Below, piece by piece: positions 34,151 to 49,100 of a DNA stretch of 64,000 bases. Made by a program: the position numbers and the translations under genes. The notes beneath the pieces are model-generated. The model was not told where the DNA came from and ran no database searches. It saw only the letters and a list, made by a program, of their open reading frames with translations. Every line of letters starts with the position of its first letter. Within the stretch, counting starts at the first letter, position 1. Origin of the DNA: Ophelia neglecta (taxonomy: Eukaryota); contig OZ260664.1 in the NCBI GenBank assembly GCA_965285935.1, positions 86,552,001 to 86,616,000 of the forward strand, read 5' to 3'.

Positions 34151-37100
34151 GTAAGATATTGGCATTGTCTGATCACTTTTTTTCCATTTTAAATGCATTT
34201 TCGTACATACCATTCATTCGGAAGTGATTGCACCACATATAAGTTCACTTATATTTATTCAGCAAACAATTCCATCTTCGTATGGAGTACCGAGTATTAT
34301 GTTATGGTGGGAGACACAATCAGGCTATCCTGTTCCATAAAGTTTATTGCACAAACTGGTCAATCCCAGTGGAATGTAGACAAAGGAGTTGACGCCTGTT
34401 CTATGTGTTTGTTCGAACCCCCGTCGTATGTCAACTACATAGGATCTGAGTGTGCCTCAGACCAACGATACCGAGATGGGGGTTGTGATGGTAACGGGAC
34501 GTGGATCACAGGGACACTGGAAGTAGACATAGAAAATAAGGACATCAGGGAGTGGCTGTGTGTGGGAGCCGATAACTCTCCTAAAGAATCGCTAACACTC
34601 CTGAAGTACAGTAAGTATGCAAATAGGTATATCGGATTTGAAAGATTATAAGTAAATCAAATACTATCAACTGAACTGGACTGCACCTATTATATGTAAA
34701 ACTGGTTTTAGACAATTATGCCCATAGCTACCGACATCGCTTGGTATTCATCACGAATCTTTCCGTTTTGTTCGCTGCACGACTACAAAGGTTAAGTCAG
34801 GCTTGCTTGCTATTGAAGTTGGTGCAAGGGTTGGCCGAGGATGCAGGCAATTTAAGCCTTCCTAGAAGACTACCGTTGTTCATAATAACAGGACAATTTC
34901 CGTAAAGAAACCTGTTTTTATTCAGTTCATTGTTTGACATCTTAGACAAGATTCACTTAACAATTAAACATGGACGCCAAGTTTGTATGATGGAGCTGAG
35001 AGCGGGATTTTGTATTTACTTATTTCAAAAATAGCTATTTTCAAAAGGTTTGGGGTGGGAAGGAATAGTTATTTTTTTTTGTTAAGTTCGCAGTCTAAGC
35101 ATTCCTAAGGCCTCAAGCCCCACTTCAGTGTGAGTTTTCTGGATGAAACCCTGCATACATGTGCCGAAATATCTTTGCATCGCATTCTCTTCTTTTCTGT
35201 AAGCACAGTTAGTCCGGTCCATACTACCCAATGCAAATTGTGTGCCACAATTCGGCAGATGCTTTCGCGTTATGACGGTATGCAATCATGTCAATTCTAG
35301 ACATACCAAACGATTATACCAGTCCATTCGATTTTATGACACCCTGTCTTATTTGTACGTATAGACCGTGTATTTTTGGGCATCCATGCATGCGTCACAT
35401 TTCATCAATATAATATAATTAACAAGTTTTTGGCTGCATCAAGTGGGTATCTTAAGAAGCATCACACCAACTAGTCTCACTGCATTAGATGATAGCTGTG
35501 TTCCCAGGTTTTTGATATTGCTCGGCGATACACTTTACTACTTGTGAATGAAATATATTGTAAACTTGCGGAGGTTTGAGATTTATGTACAGACAAAGAA
35601 TAGCCTAAAAATTGCATTTTAAAATAATTGTCGACTTTTAAAAAAACCTTATTAATGCTTTCTAATGTAGTTCTGGGTTGTGTTGGAATAAAATAGCACA
35701 CCATATATGTAAGATTGGTAGAATCAGCATATATAACTAACTATATTAAACATGTTTCTTTAGATACAAATAAATCATAAGAATAAAAGTGGACCCAGGA
35801 TAGACCCCTCAGGTACACCCGAAGTACTATGACAATATACTGAAGTGATTCCCCGGTACTCAAAATATTGTTTGCGGTTACATAGATAGCATTTAAAATT
35901 ATTAGAAGCATCAGTGACTCGATAGTATTGAAGTTTCTCTGTCGATAAAGAGGGCTAATTGACTATTAAAGATAAAGGCTAATTAAAGGCTAATTTAGCC
36001 AATTTGTTGGTTATATGGAGGAAGTCTTTATACCAGTGCAAGAGACCAGTGCGCATTGACCAGGAAATAAGAGCACGGCATTAGGCGCTTTACATGCATT
36101 ACGTTACTAGTAACAGCATTAATAGATGCAGGAATGTTTATTTTTTAGATATAATGCGGTAGCCACCAATCCATGACTACATACAACGGTCTATTACATT
36201 TGGCTGAATCTATTCAGGCCGTGAAATCTCATCTGCATTTATTAGACTGAAAGATATACGTATTGAATGCTGGAATCATAACAGCAGTTATGATGAAGTA
36301 ATGCATTAATCTCTTTATGTCTCTGCTTTTATACCTTTGACGGAACCGTCATAGGCCCCACATGTAGATGCACCAGTCGTCTTTTACAGCTCAAGACGAT
36401 TTATTTCATAAACTATCATGAATGATTTCATTAAACGGAACATGGCGGCTTTATGATAGCAGCGCTGAGTTTGGCGCCAGCGGCATTGTTAATTTATAAG
36501 TGCTTAGATTAGCAGCTGTGTTTGGTTCCAAAGGCATTGTGTATGGATAAGGGGTTAGGGGTTAGCGGCACTTTGAGACGACCCCTGTCGATGTCACGTG
36601 TGTACTACGTCACTGTTATGTGATCTAGTCGCTGATGGCTGGCAACGGGATGTAAACAATGATGTTTTGAGGCTCAAAAGAGAGCTTAAATGCCAATAAG
36701 CACTTTCGGGAGTATTCGTACGTCAAGACAAATGTCTGAGGAATCGATCGATGGTGGATAAGTATTTCTATTATTTTCGCTTGTGTCCGTGAAACTTGCA
36801 GAAAGCGGGTAGGGGGCCGCATCCAAAGTGGATGCGCAAAATTTGCGTGTTTTTATACAGGAGTATCTCTGACTCTAAACGAGACCATGCCATATAAAAA
36901 GTAACTCATGGTCGTGGTGTAAGAGGCAGAGGAATCTCGGGACTAAAATATCAACTGTTTACAACAATACATGTGTTATGGAAGTGTAAACCGATAATCG
37001 CCGTGCACTATAAATTTTTCTTAAGATTTTACTGAAGTAGGATATATGAATATGCGATCATGCCTCACTATTTCTGTTGTGTGAAAGAGCTTTGTGGTGG

Positions 37101-40100
37101 TGATAGTCTTCCAAAACTCGGCAAATCTACGGCCATCATCACATGTATTGAATTTAGTTTCCATATGCAGGTGATATGCTTCGAACACCGGCACATCTAG
37201 CGCAATCACATCGGTTGTTATTTTCAAAATTTCTGCCTTTCGCAATTCTGAATTGTTATTATCCCGTTCCTCCAAATATTTCTCCGGCAATCGGTCACTG
37301 TCCACTTCGATTTATCAGAATGTTTACTTACTTATCAGAATACCCTACCAGTATTGTCACGTGGGCCGGCGTGATACAAGACGCGCCACCTAGTGAACTT
37401 GACTTTGAAATGCCATTCAAACGCCATTTCATAGCCAATTGTTTATTCTTCTATTTCGTCACTATCTTCTCCCCATCGGCGTTCTATGCCTGCCAGCTAC
37501 GGTGCCTCGTTATTATTAAAATCTAACACAGTTTTTCGGCTTACCGGTCCGTTTTCGAGATATACCTCATTTTATGTTTAGCGGCGTGTTCGCTGTATCT
37601 CAGAAACTATTGGTCGCCGCAACTTCCAGTAAAAAGGGTGGCCTAGGTGACCTAGTGACATTTGTCATCATTGACCCGTTGCGCATGGAAAACGAAACAT
37701 GGAGAGCGTTGGATTTTATTAATTTGCAAAAAAAATTCTGGCGCCCCCTCTCGTCAAAACGACAAACTACAGCACTCAACAAGCAGATCTTTCTTGGCTC
37801 TTTTAGATTCTTTTCGATTGTTGCATCGTTGTCTAAAAGGCGTCCTTTCCTGTTTTGAGGTCCGTATGCTGTATCTCAGGAACCAAGTCGCGGCGACTTC
37901 CAGTAAAAACCAAATTCCGCATTGAATTAATTATATAATATGCTATTTTTCGTATGTAAATGCATCTGCTGGAACGTCCCTTAAGGGTCGAGCGTTTGTC
38001 ATTAAGCCGGGAATATTCTGAGAGGTCGAGCGTTGGTCATTTTCCTTGGCTTTTTCCGATGAATAGCTATTTAACATGAGCTTTACGTTCCACCCCTAGC
38101 ATATGAAGAACATTCTAGATCAGCTAATAATAGGCTATTTGATTCATTTTGATATCTGCTAGTTGCAAGGGTAAAGATCAAGTCTGTACGCTTTCGACTC
38201 TGTCATTTTATATGATAAATGTTCATTGCACATGTGCAAACTACATTTTTAGTATTTCAATGATAATAAAAGGATATTTACAAATGAGCATTGAAATACA
38301 TTATTTAGCTGAAATATACAACTTTCCTGAAATTCCAATACACGTTAATGTTCATGTTAACAATAAGCCAGCCGAATTTATTCCATTTGTAAGTACATAA
38401 TAGCGAAGTAACTAGTATATTCATGCAATAATCATTATCATACACTACACGAGATATTGATATAACTATTCACTTGACATCACATTAACATGATACGATA
38501 AGAGTTGGATAATAAGTAACGAGGACAAGGGTGTTTCTTGAAGCTATCGGAGCTTCTTGTACCCCTTAACATCAATGAGTATAATTGTCAAATAATAATT
38601 ACTTAACATAAATACGAAGTTCAAAAACGAGACAAGCAATCGAACCTCCAGCAACCCCAAAACTGCAAGATAATGGCTGCTTGATACATAAAAAACAACT
38701 GCGGCAGAACAATAGAAATCTGCACACATACGAACGAAGAGAGCACATAGGAGGGCCACGGGAAATCTCACGCCTCGGGGGCCTCAATACCCATCCATTG
38801 GATAAACATGATTGATGTCACTGCCAAATACCTCGACACAAATGCGCCCGCCATTCAAAAGCGGACCCCAAACATGCACGGCAGCCACAGACAAAGGAAA
38901 ATTATAGAGACGGTTGTAGAACCAGTTTGACTGAGATCTTAAATTGATGAGTTGTCAAAAAGAATAAATGCATGCGATGAGCACATTCGTTCATTGATAA
39001 GATGGCCTGGTATGCAACACAGTGTTGTTTAACAGTTGTCAAACGACACGGAACATTGTCATGTTAAGTGATAATGAATATTTAATTTAAACAGTGAAGA
39101 GACACGAATCGGTACGAGAAAGTTAATGTTTCGGATCTCCCTTGAATATGCCGAAGATTCTTATTTTCTTGGATTTAATATGAAAAATTGTCAACAGCCA
39201 TGTAAATAAATCATCTAAAAGAAATTATCAATATGCATCCAAAATAAACTGTAATACGTTTTTCTTCGATAAAAAGAGTGATTTATCTGCAAAATCTGCT
39301 AATAATCAATAACCGTCCGACATTATCGGCTTCAAGTGCTTTTAACACTAATTGATTTTGATTACATTGGTTTTTCGAAGCTTAATCGTCCTGAACATGG
39401 TTACCACAAACTGTGACCTTTTTTCGTTCATCCTTCTGGAATTGTTGGCTACCTCGGCCAGATAGGATTATGGTTCCGACCATTTCTTTCTGAAGCAGTC
39501 TTCGCAAAAAAGTTTCTGTCCTTATCGGAAGATGAAAACAAATATGTTGGCTTTGGAGAGCTTTGTCATATAACATTTTTGATTTTTGTGTGCGTTAAGT
39601 CGCTGTTTTAAGGGGGTCATCATGAAAAAGCCATGTTAACTGCATAAAGCTTCACTGCTCAGCATTTGAAGCATACGTACCTTATCTAGGTATCAAATGC
39701 CATACTATGTTACATAAATGTTTATGTTCAACCTTACTTTGGGAAAATGAGATGAAGGAACAATATGTAGAGTTAAATTGCATAGCAAATTTTCCGGATA
39801 ACCTTCACCAATAAAATTGACCATTCAAAGTTAGTGCAAAATGGTGCATGACTATTGATTTCTTTTCCTTGCTTAAATTTTAAGGGACTCACCCTGAGAA
39901 AAAGGCATGTTTTCCGATTCAAACTTAGCTTCTCAGCTTTTCATCATATGTTCTTATCTACTAGTGCCATATAATAGTACATAAATGTTGATGTTTGACT
40001 TGTTTGTAGTATAACTAAAAAACAAGATAAATATGAAATATGTATAGCAAATGATGCCGATTACCTTCGCCGTTGCTCTGCTTTCACCAGTTCAGTTCGT

Positions 40101-43100
40101 GAGAGTGTGCCTACCTTCTGTTTTATTGCTAAAAAAACCCATCCGACAAATGCCACAGAAAAAATATGGCTTATGTATGGCTCCGTTCAACAAGGGCGAT
40201 AGTGTCGTTGTACAACTACAAAATTATGTTGTCGTCTGGATTCTAACCCCCAACTAAAAATGCGATCGGCTATGTATATGTCGGCTATGTATATACTATG
40301 TATATTGGTCTAACTCAGTAAGTATAGATGGACTTTCAGAAGAGGTAGCCTATGAAACGTTATTTGTATTTCAGTTTCAGGAATTTTGTCTTTAACTGCT
40401 TTTAGTTAGGGACCGCTAAGTATTGATGGATGGGTGTGGGAACGCAGTATTCGTAGGGGGGGGGGGGGGCTTTATTTTGCACAAGATTCATAGGAGTGTG
40501 GGGTAATGATCTTTGTGTTATCCTAGCTATTGTCTAATGGGTCGAGCGTTGGTCATTTTCCTTGTCAGTCTCCGAAAAAAAGCTATTCTAAACGAAATTC
40601 TCGTTTGACCTCCTGCCTATGACGAACGTTCTAGATCTACCAATAATATATCAATTGATCTTAATTTGGATTTCTTCGAGTGGCTAGGAGATTATATTTG
40701 TCAAGAGCCTTGTTTTTAAGTTAAACCGGCGATGATGTTTATAAAATATTTTTATTTGCAGAAGCGACCTCTACTCCAGCAATTGATAATTACCCCTCAG
40801 ACGCCTTGGTATCTGTCAAGGAGAGGCAACCGATTTCGCTCAAATGCCAAGTACAAGGGGGCGCTCCTAGTCCTGTTATCACGTGGTACCATGCCCCAGC
40901 CGCCAATATCACAGCCAACTCGCAGCAGGACGATGGTAACGGAGGACACTCCCGGGTTTTAGACCTCACATTAACACGACAGGATAGTGGCTTGGTAATC
41001 TACTGTGGAGTCGATCAGCCTGGGTCATCTCACTCTCAACCGGCACAGTCACCAAAACTAACGACCGATGTTCTGTGTAAGTATTTGTAACACTCACTAC
41101 TGCATAGATTGTAAAGGTTGTGCGATATGGACGAGCTGAAAGCTTGGAAAGGGATGAAAGGTGTTTGTGTAGCCAAGTTGTAAAGACAAAAGTACCGAAA
41201 AAGTGATATTCGGAATTTCTCAGGGAAAAAATCTAAATTGATTAACAGTCTCTATATGATGTCGAAATATTGCGCACACTTTTGTTTAGTTAGTTAGTTT
41301 GAGACTCCAGTTTTCGGTGTCGTGCAAATTTATTTGCCCGAAATTCAAATTTCTAAGTTATTATCCTACATATTAACCGAAAAAAATTGGGCATATGCGT
41401 GGTTTGGAATAGGACTTATTCTAAACAAGGAGAGCTTAGATGAAATTAATAAGAGAATTAGATTGGCGAACACAACTAAAATAAAAGTATTGCTTTTACA
41501 ATACCCAGTATAATTGCCAAAACGTAGGGGGATTTGCACCACCAATCTGTACGCAAAAACTGCTGTAATCCAATATGGAAACTACCACTGACATTAAGAG
41601 CATCTTGCAAGCATTCTCGGTCAAATACCCTCTGATCTGAGTTGTGAGGCGCGCTTGGCGGAAGCAGGATCGCCCCACCGAGATAACATGAGCTTTCATG
41701 TTTCCTAAAGTTCCAATATTGTTTTTTTAGAGGTAATAGTACTTATATCATAAGTAGTCTGATCACTGTTATAAATTTCAATGGTATATATATATTAAAT
41801 TCATTCCTTCGCTGTAAATATTCACATTAGCTGCATGTGGTATATTCTAATCTCTTTATTTGTTTGCTTATAATAAATCTGTGAGTAATTTTTTTTTAAT
41901 TTGATTCTATTGTAATGCGCCCTTGATCACTTCGGTGGAAAGGGCGCTTTATAAATGCAAATAAATGAAAAAGTCCTTCTAAATGGGCTCTGATCCTGAT
42001 GCCATTGATTTTAACACGCTAGAACCACCACCAAGATTTAATTAATATTATTTCTACTTAGCGCATACAAAATTCACGTGCAATATCTAAATTTGGACTT
42101 TACCCGTTAGCAGGCTAAGGCTACTGTCTGGTAGTATAATAGCTATTAATTGCTTTTACTGTATATTTCTTTGATTAAATTTGATTAAATTATCTATATG
42201 CTCCTTTAATAGGAATTTTACGTATGCAGTTAGTTTCGTTAATTATAATACATTTTCAATAAGATAGATGGCTTAAATAAAAATTCACAGAAATGAAACG
42301 TTGACTTCACTTTTATAGACAAACCCGACCCAGCAGTAGCTACTCCAAGCAGTGTTCCCGTTGTATTAGGAGACACAGACGTGTCCCTAGCCTGCCAGGC
42401 TAACAGCCCGTGGCCGGGTAACCCTCTACCGGCCTTTACCTGGACCAGGACCAAAGGCGGCTGGACAGACAGCGGGGCGACTATCAAGGTGTCTGTACAA
42501 GATCTGTGTATAGATAAGTATTACTGTACTCCTGGTAACAGTGAAGGACAGGGACAACCGGCTACTGTGACCCTCGTCTTATCAGGTAAGATTGAGTTCA
42601 TAATCTGATGTGCATGGACAAACCTGTTATGGATTAACGAAAGTTAATGCGTTATTCTTTCCCTTTTTCTCCATAAGCGCCGACGATACCCAGCACGACA
42701 ATGCCAATAACTGTTGCGGCTGTAAACACTGACGATAGTTGGAAGGTGAGATGTGGGTTCAAGGGCCTCCCAGCGCCGTCTGTCAGCCTAACAGGTCCTG
42801 GGATTGGGACCGTCTATCAGGTGGTCCAGGGATCTGTCAGCCCCACGACGGATTGTTATCAGGACTCGTCCGCCATCTTGGAATGGAAAACAACTGACCC
42901 GACTACAAGGAAGAACGGAAGTGGTCAAATGACATGCTCGGGAAATAACGGAGTTGGTTTACAACCTCAGAGTCAGACGATCAACATCGATGTCCAATGT
43001 AAATATCGGGGTGTTATTATAGTTTGACGGGTACGCTTTGATGGCCATTATATATAAATACATATGTGCAAATGTAGCGAAGGTAAAATATATTTCCTCG

Positions 43101-46100
43101 AGTTCTGATAAAAAGACAATAACGACAACAGGTGCATTAAACCACAATATATTAGAAGTTTAAGCCTTGCATTGATTTATATAAAGCTACTGTGGTTGCA
43201 CTTAACGATATGAAAGGTTTTGTTTAATAGCGGAACTTTGCGGAGCTAATTTCCGACTTTAGGACGCAAAATTGGACCTACAAAACGACCCTTACCCTTT
43301 CCCGAAACCTAAAATTAACATCAGGTCCTAGCCGTAGCCTTGCTGACGATATTTTGCTTCGTGCCACTAAGAAATACCAATGACCTCCAGATAGCCTCCG
43401 CACCTCCGCGTTTTATCAGTAGCCATATGGAAGAACTACCTATACTTATTGCTAAATTTTAGAAATTTTGTAATCTTAGTTTTGGATATTTCCGGTTACC
43501 TTTATCTTTTTATCATAGTAAAGGAGTATCGAGAATATACAATAGCTGACGTAGGCCGGTTGAGTTATAAATCTGCAGCTAAGATATATAGCGTGTACTT
43601 ACAGCCTTCGGCTGGTTACACCCCAGTCACACAGAGCCATCGGTGATAGATCGCTAGTTTTCTTAGCCGGATTATGGCGGGAACCGATGCAAACCTATTA
43701 ACCACCGATATCACCTATTGTTCGCCTGTTTTCCACCGATCAAATGCGATTGGGTAAAGATGAGTCTCGTCGGGGAAAAACTACCGATTGGGATTTTTAA
43801 ACGTGTTTAAAATTCTCGATCGGTGAAAATATCTTATGGCCCAGTCACAATGTCGGCGATCTGTCGGGGATTAGTTTTGGCCGGGGGTCGTCGTAGGAAA
43901 TAAAGAATCCTTGAACAATCCTAGCAATAATCCTAATAAAAGTGGAGCAGTCACATTGTCTGAGATTTTTTCAAGGATTTTGACCCGGTTTTGTCGAAAA
44001 ATCGTGGGATTAGCCTCCGATCGCCTCCGATTGCATCGGAGGCGATCGGAGACGATATCTGCGAGCGTCTTTTCTTTTAATTTTTCCCCCACCATGGGTA
44101 TATGTGGGGGAAAAGGAGGGTTTTCTGACCTCGCATCTGTATTTCTCCCTGTACACTGTAGCGTGGTATCCCTCATCTGGTTGTACATAGAACAGTCACT
44201 TCAACTCTGCAGAGAAGCTGGCGCTGATTCCGCCCCAGAGGCTCAGATTCCACCGTACGATTCGTCGGAGACGATCACAGAAAGCGTCGCAGGGCGCCTC
44301 CGATTCAGTCGGAGGGCGCCGGAGACTACTCGCAGACATTTAATCTCAACCTGAATTTCCAATCCCACACAGAATCTTGCGACTAGTCTCAGATTATTCG
44401 GAGGACGCCTCCGATTAATCGGAGGGCATCGTAGGTCATCGGAGATTGTGTCTGGGATGCCCAAAATGGGTGAAAAATCTTGCGAGCAATCTTCAAATTT
44501 AAAGTTCAAAGTTGGGGACCGCGACGGGTGTGGCGATGCCTAAAAAATCTGCGACAAGCCGCAGGCGTCCGGAGAGCGCCTCCGACGGGTGCAAAATCGT
44601 GAGATCTGTCTCAAGATTTTGTTAAAATTTCCCGGGTTTTACCCATCGCCGACGCATCGCAACTGATTTGTGACTGGCCCATTACAAATAACCGATTAAC
44701 AACCTGTCTACAACCGATATCACTGATAGGCCACCGATAAGCCACCGATATGCCACCGATGAACTGATACTAACCACCGATGAAAAAAAATGAGAATAAA
44801 ACTTGTTATAATTAAAATTTAAAAAAATGGTTTCACGATTCTCGGAGATAGGTGTTGCAATAGCTCGTCGAATTATTTTATCCTCGGTTAACCAATGTCT
44901 GGTCCATCATCACCTTTGCCTCCTACGGCACCGCCTTTGCTCGCCTATGGGCTGCTGGGCTACCCGGATGACTTGTCTGACATTGAGAAGGGCCTGCTGT
45001 TGCCAAAGTGCTGGATGACCTTTCCATCCTCTATGATTTCAAGCGGCGAAATGTAAGATATTCACCAGTTTTCATCACTTATACATATTTTTTTATTAAA
45101 TGAACCGACAACCACCTTAAAAGATATGGAAGCTCTTTATCACCTATCTATCCCCGATCGGCCACAGATTACCACATATATCTCACCGACCATATCAGAC
45201 GAAAAATGATTGGTGACTACTGACTTGTTCCCAAACACCGATCGATCGCCGACATACCCGATTTAACACCGACTTACAAGCGATGATAACCGGTCATACC
45301 AGCAATTATTTTGACCGACTAATAATTATTCACCACCGATACCCAGTCACACTAAAAGTAAGAAATGAAATCATTTATGACAACCGATGAGAATGAAATA
45401 TCATTTGGCCGATTGGGTGCCGATTTAAGCCCGACCGTCTGTGTGACTGGGGCATAACATGGCTATATAACCAGGCTGTTATATTGTACGCCATTGTGCG
45501 CAGTCGGACTTGAAGAAAGGGCAATGCTTCGAAATTTAATGTAGTATCTTGTTTATTCAGCAACCCTGTGTGAATTCTCGACATTTCTATCTAAAATAAA
45601 TATATAATTTAGTATCATTAATGTACCGAAAGTTACCGTAGGCAATGAGATATTGAACATGGAAAAAGCTGTAAAGGCCGAGTGCTGTACTCTAAGGGTA
45701 AAACTCCTAAAATAACAAAACCCGCTGTGTTAGAAGACCCCAGGTAATGAATAGGCCCAAGGGAAGTTTTTCAGTCGTCCAAAGAAGTTTCAGTGCGGAG
45801 TTGCTCTATTTAATATAATAATACGGACCAGAGACCTACATAGAATTCTATACTATTCCCATACAGTAAGGAAAAAATAATAGAGAAAACTGCACGGAGC
45901 ATGTCAGAAAAAACCAATTTCAGGACGCATGGGTACTAATCCGAAACAATTTATCTATTGTAACCTCTTATTGATACCAGGCCACTATTAACGGGGCCTC
46001 GGCACATAAACTATATAAGAAATGGCTATTTCAGTATCTAATTGTTAATGTATGTACTATATGCTTTGCGCCAAGAAGAAAACACGTGCCTTTGTATACA

Positions 46101-49100
46101 CCGGCCATTGAGTCACTTCAGATATTGTCTTCTTATACATAGTTGCCAGGCATATTTGTTAGCACATTTCTCTGCCGTTCTATATCACGGTGAAATGCTG
46201 CCGACTGAGTATTTAGCTAACACAAAGTATGCCCGTCAAATGTCATCTCAGAGTTCATGGGTGGAGTTAATATCCTGTTTTAAGTATTGATAGTGCGCGT
46301 TTTTCGTATGTGTTGTTTCCTCATGAATCATTCACACTGTGAGAAATTAATTTCTGTTAGATAAACCAGGAGTGGCTTCCCCTCAGACGTCGCCACCAGT
46401 ACTTGTCCACCAGACGGCGACACTTACTTGTCTGATGGTCGGAGGTAATGAGGGAAACCCAGAGTCAAAGTTCAACTGGACCAGGCAGAATGCGCCAGCA
46501 TGGGAAATCTTAAACAACAATGGTAGTGTTCTCTTTCCGGTGCCAGATGTGTCTTGGGATGACGACTACTACTGTGTGCCTTGGAACATACACGGGGCAG
46601 CGCAGAAATCAACGATCACACTTACAGTCAGAGGTGAGACATGGCGGTTGTTTAATAACGAGCCTATATCGTGGCAGGTACTGCACTGGTGAGGATGTAG
46701 GCAAAACACCGGTGTGCAAACGTTTATATTAGTTATTTCCGTAAAGCGAGCCCAAATTTATACAAATTTATGTATGCCAAAAGCCTTCACATTAATTATT
46801 CCCTTGAAAGTAAAAATCGCTGATTATTTTAGCACTGATATTGTCCTCACTCTTTTGACTCCATTGAAACTATTCGGTACATGTTATTTCGTCATTGTTG
46901 CGGCGGCCCTCCCTGACCACTGGCGGTTAATTCTACTCTTCACCCGCTGTTGTGTTGGTCATGACATAACTTTACTTATTGGTTAATATAAGGCTCTGAG
47001 AAATCATTTCTCTTTCCCCGTATGAGTCCCGGAACCTGTACTAGACAATTCTTCAGCGAGGCCCAAACGGCAGAGACTTGATCACAATAACGATATAGAT
47101 AAATAATTGTATTTGTACATTAAAGTTATTAGCCGATATTAACTGATAGATTTGGCTAGAGGTAATTGATGTGCAGTTTCTTGTTTCCTGACCATATTCT
47201 AGATCACTAAATTCGTTAAGTCTATCGGGTATTGACCCCCTTTCATACAGACATCTATCATCCAACCCACTACCAACACATCTTCTAATCTATCCCCTTA
47301 ACCATCCTTTACACAATACACTCCGTCCTACCACATGTAATGGCCCAACTAATCCCTTAACAGACACATGCAAGGCGGATCTCGGCGGGCGGATCAGCGC
47401 ATGAATGTGCCGGGCCGCATATAGCTCCGGATACATTTACCATCGGCCAGTTTAGTGGCCTAAACTGACAACTTCTAGCGATGTAAACGGATTTATCATC
47501 AAATGTGTAATCGAATAATTATTGTAAAATTTGGCTGATTTATTTATTTCTGCCGCGCCTGATCCGAGGCACTTGGTCATACTATGAGATGTTAAAAAGA
47601 ATTATTTTTCGAAAATGTAATAAACCAATCCAGCTGACATGTGCACGACGTTCATGTGTAATTATGTAGTGATGCTATATTAGTGCGGCATATTGGTGAA
47701 AAGTCGTTCATTGTGCGAAACAAGCATGACATTTTCAGGGATTGTACACATTCAAATTTAAACATTTTTTTGAGAGGGAGTTTTCCAATTTTCCCAGGTT
47801 GCCACTGAACGGGAGACGAAGTTCTTAAATAACGCAGTACACTATGGTGACCTATATGGCAACAGAGGAAAGGAAGAAATAAAAAGCTAACAGAACCCGG
47901 TCTCAAGGAATACGCTTCTTACGTTTGACATTTTCATCTGATATGTCATTGGTTGTCATGGGAACGGACACATATTCCAAATTGTCCAGCAAATTTTAAG
48001 TCTGAATTTTAGTGTTGGGTCTGTTTGTTTTTATTTTTTTATATTTTAAGCAGGGAGAGATTACAGACTAGTAGGGCCAAGTAAAGAGCTTTACAACGTG
48101 TCCGAGTTTATGTTCTGATCAGTATACACTTTATTCGTACTCCTTGCAATATTCTTATTGTGGTCAGTCACTTGGACAGATTTTTGAAGTTACTGTAAGC
48201 ACCAATATTTACAATATTAACAAGACTCCTATACAAGTAGATATCAAGAAAACAAATTGAAAAAGGTAATCTAATACAGTCTGATCAATATACACGTTTT
48301 ATTAGGAGAATTGCATAATTGCCGACAGGGCAAGGTTCTTACAATTTGAATTGCCCCCCCCCCCCCCCCCCCCTTCAAGGGAAGTTACCAGGACGGCATG
48401 CAACATTAAACTTACAGAATAATGCTTAATGTATCGCAGAACATAGATATTTAGTCGGTATGGCAATTCTGAAAGAAAGAAAAACATTCTACATTATGCG
48501 ATTCATTTAATACATAAAACAGTATTGGCTCCCTTGTATAGTGTTAAGGTTGTATTTGTATTAATTGCGTATGCCGTTCAGGTTAGAGGGCCAATTAAAT
48601 TGTTTTTCAAAAGTGTTTTGCTGCATCTTTAGAGCGGGTATTATTGCCAACGTTGGTGACCTTGATTGTAGATAATTATGTATGAGATAATCACATTTTG
48701 AAACGAAATATCCTGTTTAGCACTGGGCAGTGAAGGGCAATGATGTTTTCAGTGAATGTGCATGTTTAAGGTGTTAAAGTGCGTAGATAAGCTTCACTTG
48801 CCCAATGGACTACTTCACATTGACTTTGCCCCAGCCCACAATTGCTGGCTCCGAGGCATAGGGAAATGGGTTATTTGCCGTGACCTGAACCTGAATCATC
48901 TGGGTTTAATTTCAGTACCCGCTTACCTACCTTTATCCGATATACCGGCGCCGACCACAACCTTGAAATACACTGAGGACCTGGACCTCGCTTGTGTTGG
49001 GGAGGCGCGGCCGGGAGGTACAGCCACCTGGACCTGGGACTCGGCCTACGACGAGTTGTTTGATCAGAACTCAGTGTCCGTGTCCACGGGAACAAGGGAC

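Noticed and set aside
36830-37960. Region with two GCTGTATCTCAG..AACTTCCAGTAAAAA-type repeats (near 37592 and 37868)
   Set aside because: Likely subterminal repeats of an old DNA transposon, but termini and TSD could not be defined
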